Assembly (NCBI RefSeq): GCF_000237865.1 | Contig: NC_017459.1 | Location: forward strand, 2,820,001 to 2,852,000 | Source: Haloquadratum walsbyi C23 | Lineage (GTDB): Archaea > Halobacteriota > Halobacteria > Halobacteriales > Haloferacaceae | DNA length: 32,000 nt | Direction: 5' to 3' | Shown: positions 24,881 through 32,000 of the stretch, in pieces | How the letters are laid out: every line of letters starts with the position of its first letter | Numbering within the stretch: position 1 is the stretch's first letter | Position numbers and translations under genes: made by a program | The notes under the pieces: generated by a model | What the model saw: the letters and a program-made list of their open reading frames with translations, nothing else | Told to the model about the DNA's origin: nothing | Databases searched by the model: none

Positions 24881-24905
24881 TTAGTGCTGCTATCTGGGAT
24901 GTTCA

Positions 24906-25475
24906 TTACAGTTGCTGAATCATCTTCGCATATGTGATTGCATCCAACTCAGTGGTTTGATTATTTGTCTCGATTTGATAAAACCCCTCATGGCGACAGA
25001 CTGGATTGAATCCGGCAGTTTCATACAACGCTCGTGCCGGGCTATTATTGACAGCAACATTGAGTGTAAGTCGAGTTCCAGAATTAAGTCGGGTGAAAAC
25101 CGCATTCAATAATTGAAATCCACGCCTCTGCCGTCGGTAGGTAGGATGGATAACTAACTCGGCAAGGTGTGCGTTCGCTGTCGCATCGGTATTTGATATA
25201 TTTATATTATCAGTGTGTACTTTATCATCTTCATCAGAATAATATTTTGATTCCTCAATAAGATCGGATGTCCTAGGATCGGTCTGCTCGGTACTGGTGA
25301 GCCAAAGTGCATATCCAACAGCATCTGCTGCCTGCGTGGTTGAGACAAGACAATTACCAAGCTTCTGTGTTCTGACAACGGTCCGAAGTAAGTGTGGTGA
25401 CGGTGAGTAAAGATACTGTTGAAGTGATATAAGCCGTGGATAATCTGTAGGATGACTAGAACGGTATGTGTTCAC
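24906..25475 (-). CDS. GNAT-family N-acetyltransferase
   Basis: The acetyl-CoA motif LAELVIHPTYRRQRRGFQLL and the C-terminal NSPARALYETAGF are present. The GTG start overlaps the upstream stop (GTGA). An acidic insert lies in the middle. Confidence 0.75.
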   Translation of the reverse strand: MNTYRSSHPTDYPRLISLQQYLYSPSPHLLRTVVRTQKLGNCLVSTTQAADAVGYALWLTSTEQTDPRTSDLIEESKYYSDEDDKVHTDNINISNTDATANAHLAELVIHPTYRRQRRGFQLLNAVFTRLNSGTRLTLNVAVNNSPARALYETAGFNPVCRHEGFYQIETNNQTTELDAITYAKMIQQL

Positions 25476-26797
25476 AGTAAGGTAATCGCGCTACCGACAC
25501 TCAGGATTGCACCGATGAACGTTGCAGCTAAATTAACTGTCTCATTGCCAACTTTGTCACCCTCAATCGTCGCTCCAAGAATGCTATCAGCTGTCATGCC
25601 AAGAAACCCAGCGATTCCAATTGCTATACTCCCAGTAGCATCCACTGATGGAAACAACGCAAATGCAACAATTCCAATAATGAGCCCACCAAGAATACCG
25701 AATATCTCTCCTTGCCATGTTACCCCACCGTCAGTCCCTGGAGGCACCGGTGTAAATGTTGTAATTAGTCGTGGATTATCATATAATCCACCAAGTTCTG
25801 ATGAGAGTGTATCACTGAGTGCGGCAGCGATTGAGCCAGCGAAAGCATATTGAAATAACACCGGGTCAATAGGGATTGACTCACTTGCTGCGAAGCAGAT
25901 GACACAAATCAGGGCAACGGCAGCGTTTCCAAGAACATTTCCCGTCCCGCGTGCGCCTTCGTTTTCCTCTGCAATGCCTCGTTGTTTCTTCTCATCATAT
26001 CGATATTTTGTCGACAGTGCGCCAAGACTGAAGAAGCTAATAACCACAGCGAACCATCCGAATCCACCAAGGACGATGACAAGCAGACTGAGAAGGACTC
26101 CAGAGAGCATGCCGGCTACAGATGCGGTCCCAAGCGCATATGAGATAAACCCAAGAGCGGCTGTGACAGCAAGTGCCACGCTAAGCTCAATTGCTTCAAC
26201 CCCACTCCCAAGATACGCAAAGAGCCATAATAAAAGTCCACTCGCAAGCATTACAAGCGGATCATCACGTTCAAAAAGCATTTCACGAAGTAATGCTGCG
26301 ACAAGCGCCCCAGCAGTCGCAAGGAAGACATATCGGGGGATTACGACTTGAGATTCAATGATTGTCGCTGTCGTAAATTGTCCAGCAATGCCAGCCAGTG
26401 TCCCAGTGATAACAAATCCAGCAGTCCCGACAAATGGTTCATCAGACGTCTCTGCGATGAGTCGTTTTCCGAGGTTTCCATATGCAAGAATAAGAACCGA
26501 TGCAACAAACAACTCAACTGGAAGTCCAAGTTCTGTTGATAAAATCGCGAGTCCAGCGGCTGCAAGAGCAAATCCTGCAAGCCCATTTAGTCGACCATCC
26601 TGCCTATCGCCGGGGCGGGCGAATAATTCAAAAATTGGACCGTCGGTGATCAGGAATGCAGCCATGATACCAACAGCGGCGAAGGGTGCGAATGCAGCCT
26701 GACCAAGCACCGGAGCGGTGACCGCCAAGGTCCCAATAAGGGCAAATCCACCAGCCCGCCGGAGCGTAGGTTGCACGTACGCCGCTATCGGCGACAT
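25472..26797 (-). CDS. Polytopic membrane protein with a C-terminal DUF92 (TMEM19/VTE6-like) domain
   Basis: 441-aa ORF. The C-terminal half (GARGTGNVLGNA...AALSDTLSSELG...PPGTDGGVT..G) matches the DUF92 pattern as I recall it. The N-terminal roughly 200 aa is an additional multi-TM region. Confidence 0.7.
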   Translation of the reverse strand: MSPIAAYVQPTLRRAGGFALIGTLAVTAPVLGQAAFAPFAAVGIMAAFLITDGPIFELFARPGDRQDGRLNGLAGFALAAAGLAILSTELGLPVELFVASVLILAYGNLGKRLIAETSDEPFVGTAGFVITGTLAGIAGQFTTATIIESQVVIPRYVFLATAGALVAALLREMLFERDDPLVMLASGLLLWLFAYLGSGVEAIELSVALAVTAALGFISYALGTASVAGMLSGVLLSLLVIVLGGFGWFAVVISFFSLGALSTKYRYDEKKQRGIAEENEGARGTGNVLGNAAVALICVICFAASESIPIDPVLFQYAFAGSIAAALSDTLSSELGGLYDNPRLITTFTPVPPGTDGGVTWQGEIFGILGGLIIGIVAFALFPSVDATGSIAIGIAGFLGMTADSILGATIEGDKVGNETVNLAATFIGAILSVGSAITLL

Positions 26798-26936
26798 ATA
26801 CTTAATGGTCCCGACACGGGTTTTCGCACGTCATGCGATTGTTATCTACAGATAGAATATAGTCAGCCTCACCGAAAGGCAATATAGATTAAGACAAACC
26901 CGGAGACATATATTATCCAGTATCACTGGTGTATAT

Positions 26937-27545
26937 GTGGGCATTTACGATTGGTATCTCGTATTACGTCATCGATTTCATGACGCAAAGCCACCAGCAC
27001 ATGTGGCTGTGGTCATCACTGAACGAGATTTACTTGAACAGGGCGCATATCAGACGCTCTCGCAATTTCTTAATTGGGCATTCGAATATGGTGCAACACG
27101 AGTAACAATTTCAGTGAGTGTGTTAGATGAGGCAGTAGTCCCAACGCTTGCCCGTGAATTTCGCGATCTCACCACCCCACGATCGATTGTTGTCCGCCAG
27201 CCTAGTAATACTGAACCAGCGGATGCACCGATACAAGTCAACATTGGATTGGGTGGGAAGCGTGAATTTGCAGCAGCCGTCCGCCAGATTGCTGAAGCAG
27301 TTGATGAAGGATCGATTGACCCAGATACAGTTGATGCTGATACAATTGAAGATCGACTTGTTTTTGCTGATGAACCGGATTTAGTCATCAAAACGGGAGC
27401 TGAACGGCTTTCTGATTTCCTTATTTGGCAATCGGTCTATTCGGAATTGTATTTTACGGATGTAAATTGGCGGGATTTCCGCCGCCGAGATTACGTCCGC
27501 GCAGTGATTGATTACCAGAATCGTCAGCGACGGTTTGGACAATGA
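26937..27545 (+). CDS. UppS-fold paralogue lacking the catalytic DGNRR motif (putative non-catalytic cis-prenyltransferase subunit)
   Basis: GTG start. HVAVVITERDLLE replaces HVAIIxDGNRRxA. The C-terminal half (LVIKTGAERLSDFLIWQSVYSELYF..VNWRDF) aligns with UppS. The protein ends in ...NRQRRFGQ, an RXG motif. Confidence 0.7.
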   Translation: MGIYDWYLVLRHRFHDAKPPAHVAVVITERDLLEQGAYQTLSQFLNWAFEYGATRVTISVSVLDEAVVPTLAREFRDLTTPRSIVVRQPSNTEPADAPIQVNIGLGGKREFAAAVRQIAEAVDEGSIDPDTVDADTIEDRLVFADEPDLVIKTGAERLSDFLIWQSVYSELYFTDVNWRDFRRRDYVRAVIDYQNRQRRFGQ

Positions 27546-27578
27546 TGCAGTCGAGTAGGTCTCTGATCGGATTACATA

Positions 27579-28538
27579 TCAGTCGGCACTATCAACCGAG
27601 TCAGTTGGTGAGTCGTGTTGTCGGGAGAGCTCAGCAGATACTTCTCGAGCACCTGTTGGGGAAAGTTGCTCTCGGAGTCGACCCGCAACTTGCCGTGCAT
27701 CCTCAATCTCAGTTTTAGCAACAGCCCTGACGAGTGCAACAGCACGCTTGGTGCGTGATTGACGCCATGATTCCTCTCGTGACTCATATGTACGAAGACC
27801 CCGCAGGAAGTCTATTTTTGAGAATTCCGGCCAGTATGGCGCACAGAAGTACACAGCTGCCTCGTTTCCATTTGCATGCCACGGAAGGAAGTTCGATGTT
27901 CGTTCATCACCACCTGTTCGAACAATCAAATCAACGTCACGGGTTGTATGTCTTGAGAGCCGACACTCAACCGTCTCAGCATCAACTGTGGATGGATCAA
28001 GTTCACCAGCATCGACATCGTGTGCAACACTACGAGCAGCACGGAGGAGTTCAGATCGACCACCATACGCCAACGCAATATTAAGCCGAAAGTCATCGTA
28101 TGCAGCAGTCTGTGATTCAGCGTACTCAACAGCGCTTTGGACCCGCTGTGGAAGTCGATCAATATCACCAATCGCACCAATTCGGACGGAGTTTTCGTGT
28201 GTCCGTTCGGCGTCAGCAAACTCGTATAGTTTCGACTCAATGAGATCAAAAAGTGGCTGTAGTTCCGCATCTGGGCGAGTGAAATTTTCTGTTGAAAATG
28301 CATACAGAGTCAATTCTTCGATTCCAAGTTCTTCACACCACTCAAGAACACGTTCTGTTGTCTGTGCACCTTCGCGATGCCCCTCATGTGCATCGTTACC
28401 CTGTTCTCTAGCATAGCGACGATTCCCATCTTGGATAATGGCAACGTGCGTCGGTCCTTCTGTGATTTGACGTTGGAGCGCTCGCCCATAGGCGCGCTGT
28501 ATAACACCACGGACACGCCGAAACATACTCATATACAA
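27579..28538 (-). CDS. uppS: Cis-prenyltransferase (undecaprenyl/polyprenyl diphosphate synthase family), catalytic type
   Basis: The motifs HVAIIQDGNRRYA, LYAFSTENF.R and IVRTGGDERTSNFLPW are present. It has a roughly 70-aa C-terminal tail. Alternative ATG starts lie at 28532 and 28526. Confidence 0.9.
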   Translation of the reverse strand: MYMSMFRRVRGVIQRAYGRALQRQITEGPTHVAIIQDGNRRYAREQGNDAHEGHREGAQTTERVLEWCEELGIEELTLYAFSTENFTRPDAELQPLFDLIESKLYEFADAERTHENSVRIGAIGDIDRLPQRVQSAVEYAESQTAAYDDFRLNIALAYGGRSELLRAARSVAHDVDAGELDPSTVDAETVECRLSRHTTRDVDLIVRTGGDERTSNFLPWHANGNEAAVYFCAPYWPEFSKIDFLRGLRTYESREESWRQSRTKRAVALVRAVAKTEIEDARQVAGRLREQLSPTGAREVSAELSRQHDSPTDSVDSAD

Positions 28539-28737
28539 TGATGCTGGTTTGTATGTCTCTTCTGTTTTATCCCTCTCAAAAGAGCATTATGAGATTGATC
28601 AAATATTTAATATATTTACGGAGAGCATTAATGATAGCAAAATCGAATATAGATCTAGATGACAATTCCCTAGTAGTATCATTGATGTCAGAGTGCCGCT
28701 GAAGTGCGAGTGATACTTGTTTTACCGGCTCATACAT

Positions 28738-29142
28738 ATGCTTATGACCGATTCTGTCGATAAAGATCTCTATCAACGGACAATGGCTCTTATCGAGCCT
28801 GGAGATATCGATCTTGTTGGGACAGTTGTACACACAGATCTCACTGGCGAAGAGGATCTTGAGATGCAGGAGCTCACTGTAAGTATTAATGAGTGTCTTG
28901 CAAGTCATATCGGAAAGGGAGAAACATATATCTATGCTGGGAATGACTCCTCAGAGTTTGCATCGAATCAATTTCAAGGACTGACTATTGATGATGAGTC
29001 ATTTGTGTGGGAATGTCAACAGCTCCTTCGCAAGGGAACATTTGATCTTGTGTTTTATTATGAAGCCGGACCGACACAAGCGGCTATCGCAGACGATCTT
29101 GAGTCGATTGAATATATAAAAAATGTCACAACAGTTCCATAG
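28738..29142 (+). CDS. Conserved haloarchaeal hypothetical protein
   Basis: I trimmed ORF 28717..29142 (TTG start) to the ATG at 28738 (MLMTDSVDKDLYQRTMALIEPGDIDL...). The protein is acidic. FVWECQQLLRKGTFDLVFYYEA looks like a conserved core, but I do not know the family number with confidence. Confidence 0.6.
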   Translation: MLMTDSVDKDLYQRTMALIEPGDIDLVGTVVHTDLTGEEDLEMQELTVSINECLASHIGKGETYIYAGNDSSEFASNQFQGLTIDDESFVWECQQLLRKGTFDLVFYYEAGPTQAAIADDLESIEYIKNVTTVP

Positions 29143-29279
29143 GTGCGATTGTATTATATCTTTGATTATATATTAGGATAGATTTTGATTGTTACGGTGT
29201 ATCATTTTTGACCTATTTTTTATTTAAATTACTAACCGATGTATATGCGTTTATCCTCGCTGAATACTGAGAGCCATAT

Positions 29280-30401
29280 ATGACAAAGACACAGGGGAAT
29301 AACTCCACCAGCACCACTGGAAATGGCGAAACGAGTAATGAGACCGATAGTGATACCTTATCAACAGTCGATCGTGCTGTGATTAATGCATTTCAAGGTG
29401 GATTTCCAGTCGTCAATCGACCGTTTGAATCGGCTGCAACCGCATTAAAAGATCGTGGTGTCGATATCACACCAGAGGAACTTTTGAATCGGATCCGGAC
29501 GCTGAATCATAATGATGTCCTAAGCCGTTTTGGTGCGCTGGTGAATGCAGAAGAAATCGGAGGAACAGCAACATTGGTTGCAATGCATGCCCCTAAGAAT
29601 CGGTTTGATTCGGTTGTTGAGGCAGTGAATGACCACCGTGAAGTCGCGCATAATTACGAACGTGAACATCCACATCTTAATATGTGGTTTGTTGTTAGCG
29701 TCGCGGATGCTGATCGAGTTGAGACAGTTCTCAACGAGATTGAACAAGAAACGGGACAGGAGACATATAATATGCCGAAACAGCAAGAATTCCGTGTCGA
29801 GGCAAAGTTCCTTCTTGATGGTCCGATTGCAGATGGTGATATCGATTGCTCAGACATTGGTCCAACGCCGGAACCAATAAATCGACAAACGCTAACACCC
29901 CCAGAGCGTGATCTAATCGTTGAAATTCAGGGAGGATTACCGATCAGTGAAACACCGTATCATGATGTTGCTGACGCGATTGAGGCGGACCCATCATGGG
30001 TAATTGAGACAATTGCTCGATTTAATCTCGAAGGCAAAATTCGACGAGTCGGCGTCGTTCCGAATCATTACTCACTTGGATACACTGAAAATGGGATGAC
30101 AGTCTGGGATGTTCCTGATGCTCAAGTTGAAACGATTGGTCCGGCAGTTGCCTCACTTCCGTTTGTGACACATTGTTATCATCGACCACGACATGAGGAT
30201 GTCTGGTCGTATAATTTCTTTGCGATGACGCATGGTCGCTCGGTTGAGGAAAGTGAGAGGCGAATCCAAATGATCTATGAAATAATGAATGAGCATTGGG
30301 ACGTTGCTGATGATGATTGGGATTCACTCTTCTCAACGCAGATTTTGAAGAAAACGGGTATTCGACTTGATGAGCGCGCAACTGCGAATACAGTCTCATA
30401 G
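29280..30401 (+). CDS. ahbAB: Siroheme decarboxylase, fused AhbA/AhbB (NirDL/GH-like) type
   Basis: Two tandem Lrp/AsnC-like HTH plus effector modules are present (INAFQGGFPVVNRPF...VAHNYEREH and IVEIQGGLPISETPY...VTHCYHRPR). The gene lies beside sirC and hemA. Confidence 0.8.
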   Translation: MTKTQGNNSTSTTGNGETSNETDSDTLSTVDRAVINAFQGGFPVVNRPFESAATALKDRGVDITPEELLNRIRTLNHNDVLSRFGALVNAEEIGGTATLVAMHAPKNRFDSVVEAVNDHREVAHNYEREHPHLNMWFVVSVADADRVETVLNEIEQETGQETYNMPKQQEFRVEAKFLLDGPIADGDIDCSDIGPTPEPINRQTLTPPERDLIVEIQGGLPISETPYHDVADAIEADPSWVIETIARFNLEGKIRRVGVVPNHYSLGYTENGMTVWDVPDAQVETIGPAVASLPFVTHCYHRPRHEDVWSYNFFAMTHGRSVEESERRIQMIYEIMNEHWDVADDDWDSLFSTQILKKTGIRLDERATANTVS

Positions 30402-30501
30402 CGTGTCAGGTATACAGATATACATATATACATGATTCAAAAAGAGTGGTGTAATTCGATGATGATTATCGAGGGAATATAGCAAAGAAATATACAACGG
30501 A

Positions 30502-31173
30502 ATGATCCCATTATACCACGACTTTACTGAGGAAAAAGTCATGATCTTTGGTGGCGGTCCTGTCGGTGCACGGAAGGCACGCCGATTTAGCTCTGAAGCG
30601 CACGTTATAGTCATCAGCCCGACATTTTCTAAAGATAGCTTTGGTACTGCAAGCCTAGTTCGTGCGGCACCATCACCATCGGATGTCCATGAATGGGTTA
30701 CACGAGCGGATCCAACACTGATTATCGCTGCGACAGGCAATGATGAACTCAATAATAGTATTGCAGATATTGCACACGATAATGAGCTCCTTCTCAACCG
30801 TGCCGACCGGTCAAAAGCGAATTCAAAGGAGAATCGCGCATTGTCAACAGCGTATGAGGTTATGACTCCGGCAACTGTTGAAGACGGTCCTATTCAGGTT
30901 GCTGTTTCGACCGGTGGTCGAAGTCCGGCGCTCGCAAAGTATCTTCGAGAACAGATAGAGACTGATATTGAATCCGCGGGTGCAATGGCAACCCTCACTG
31001 CCGATCTTCGTGCCGAACTTCGCGGACGTGAGTGTAGTCCATCGGAACGCCGTGATGCGATTCGCTCGGTCGTCCGCGATCCAGACGTTTGGAAGGGTTT
31101 ACGTACGGGGGAAAATAACGCACGACAAGAGGCAACGCGCGTGATACGCAATACAATGGGAGGTGAGCGATGA
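30502..31173 (+). CDS. sirC: Precorrin-2 dehydrogenase / sirohydrochlorin ferrochelatase (SirC/Met8-like)
   Basis: The N-terminal Rossmann motif VMIFGGGPVGARKA and the motif VSTGGRSPALAKYLR are present. Its stop overlaps the hemA ATG (ATGA). Confidence 0.8.
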   Translation: MIPLYHDFTEEKVMIFGGGPVGARKARRFSSEAHVIVISPTFSKDSFGTASLVRAAPSPSDVHEWVTRADPTLIIAATGNDELNNSIADIAHDNELLLNRADRSKANSKENRALSTAYEVMTPATVEDGPIQVAVSTGGRSPALAKYLREQIETDIESAGAMATLTADLRAELRGRECSPSERRDAIRSVVRDPDVWKGLRTGENNARQEATRVIRNTMGGER

Positions 31174-32000
31174 ATACAGGGGTTATCTGTGGCGTACGAG
31201 TTTCCCACAATCGTGCAAGCGTTGAAGAGATTGAATTGGCAGGTGAACGGGATAGTCGAACAATCATGGAGACTCTTCTCACGCGTGATGGAATCACCGA
31301 ATCATTCGCTATTCAAACATGTAATCGATCAGAAGCTTATGTTGTTGCCGATGGCGCAGTTGCAGGTCGACGCGCACTCGCGAGTTTCGCACCCGATGTG
31401 CGCGATGGTGCTGTTGTTGACATGTCTCATGAAGAGAGTCTTCGGCACTTACTCCGGGTAGCAACTGGACTTGAGTCGCTTGTCTTGGGTGAGGATCAGA
31501 TTCTTGGTCAATTCAAACGTGCCATTGAGGTAGCTCGTGGAATTGGCGCACTGGGTCCTATGCTGGAGGCTGGCGTAACAAAGGCTATTCATGTTGGTGA
31601 GCGAGCACGAAGTGAAACTTCAATTAATGAGGGTGCGGTCTCAATCGGATCTGCAGCCGTTCGACTTGCTGGGCAATCAGTTGGACTCAATGGTCGAAAA
31701 GCACTCGTCATTGGTGCTGGTGAGATGGGCTCATTGGTTGCTGAGTCACTTGCATCGACGAACATCTCTGAGGTTGTTATTGCAAATCGAACCATCGAAA
31801 ACGCTGAGTCTATTGCTGAAACGATTAACAGTCCAGCTTATGCGGTATCGCTTGATTCTCTTACAGAGGTAATCACTGAGGCGTCGATTATTATGACTGC
31901 AACAGGCTACGGAAAGTATCTTATTGAGCCCACAGACATCGATGGTGCTGGTGAGACGTTTATAATCGATCTCGCACAGCCACGAAACGTGCATCCAGCG
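31170..32000 (+). CDS. hemA: Glutamyl-tRNA reductase, N-terminal 277 codons (3' end lies outside the window)
   Basis: This frame is not in the ORF track because it has no stop before the window end. My translation from the ATG at 31170 gives MNTGVICGVRVSHNRASVEEIE...IQTCNRSEAYVV...LESLVLGEDQILGQFK...VIGAGEMG, which are classic HemA motifs. Confidence 0.9.
   Translation, partial: MNTGVICGVRVSHNRASVEEIELAGERDSRTIMETLLTRDGITESFAIQTCNRSEAYVVADGAVAGRRALASFAPDVRDGAVVDMSHEESLRHLLRVATGLESLVLGEDQILGQFKRAIEVARGIGALGPMLEAGVTKAIHVGERARSETSINEGAVSIGSAAVRLAGQSVGLNGRKALVIGAGEMGSLVAESLASTNISEVVIANRTIENAESIAETINSPAYAVSLDSLTEVITEASIIMTATGYGKYLIEPTDIDGAGETFIIDLAQPRNVHPA

Noticed and set aside
24547-24918. 123-aa plus-strand ORF, together with the 75- and 82-aa minus-strand ORFs, between dnaG and the GNAT gene.
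   Set aside because: They are basic, Arg-rich and low-complexity translations of a G+C-rich structured region. They overlap each other and the end of the GNAT gene.
1-32000. CRISPR arrays, cas genes, restriction-modification, toxin-antitoxin or other defence islands, proviruses and IS elements.
   Set aside because: I saw no regularly spaced direct repeats and no transposase, integrase, nuclease or methylase-like translations in any of the listed ORFs. The window is housekeeping in content.

Overview
The window looks like a chromosomal, mostly housekeeping stretch of a moderately low-GC haloarchaeon. The proteins are acidic and include archaeal S8e, DnaG, MptA and AhbA/B. The composition and long spacers recall Haloquadratum, but that is inference only. 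I call 28 protein genes, one transporter pseudogene with two frameshifts, and one tRNA-Ile(GAU). The genes include carB, rps8e, thrB, pdxS, dnaG, uppS plus a non-catalytic UppS paralogue, mptA/folE2, and an ahbAB-sirC-hemA haem cluster. I see no CRISPR array, transposase, integrase or recognisable defence or toxin genes. The most unusual signal is non-coding. Six of the eight convergent spacers carry an ORF-free, G+C-rich, hairpin-dense block that starts shortly after the stop codon of the co-oriented upstream gene. These blocks share collinear sequence modules. The largest copy (1858-2184, minus strand, after carB) folds as a rod with paired ends and an SRP/7S Alu-domain-like 5' part. A second locus (12030-12121) repeats its first 17 nt exactly and then forms an isostructural hairpin with compensatory changes. 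Shorter copies look like 5' end plus 3' end versions. I cannot tell whether this is a true 7S RNA plus derived copies, a REP/MITE-like repeat family, or a new class of 3'-UTR RNA element. Other points of interest:
- a catalytic UppS that lacks the C-terminal RXG motif, convergent with a DGNRR-less paralogue that keeps it (candidate heteromeric cis-prenyltransferase), next to a DUF92/GNAT pair
- an orphan Csa3/CARF-like wHTH regulator
- a roughly 210-aa low-complexity insert in DnaG
- nested inverted repeats bracketing an oxidoreductase gene
All family names come from my own reading of the translations. Nothing was searched.
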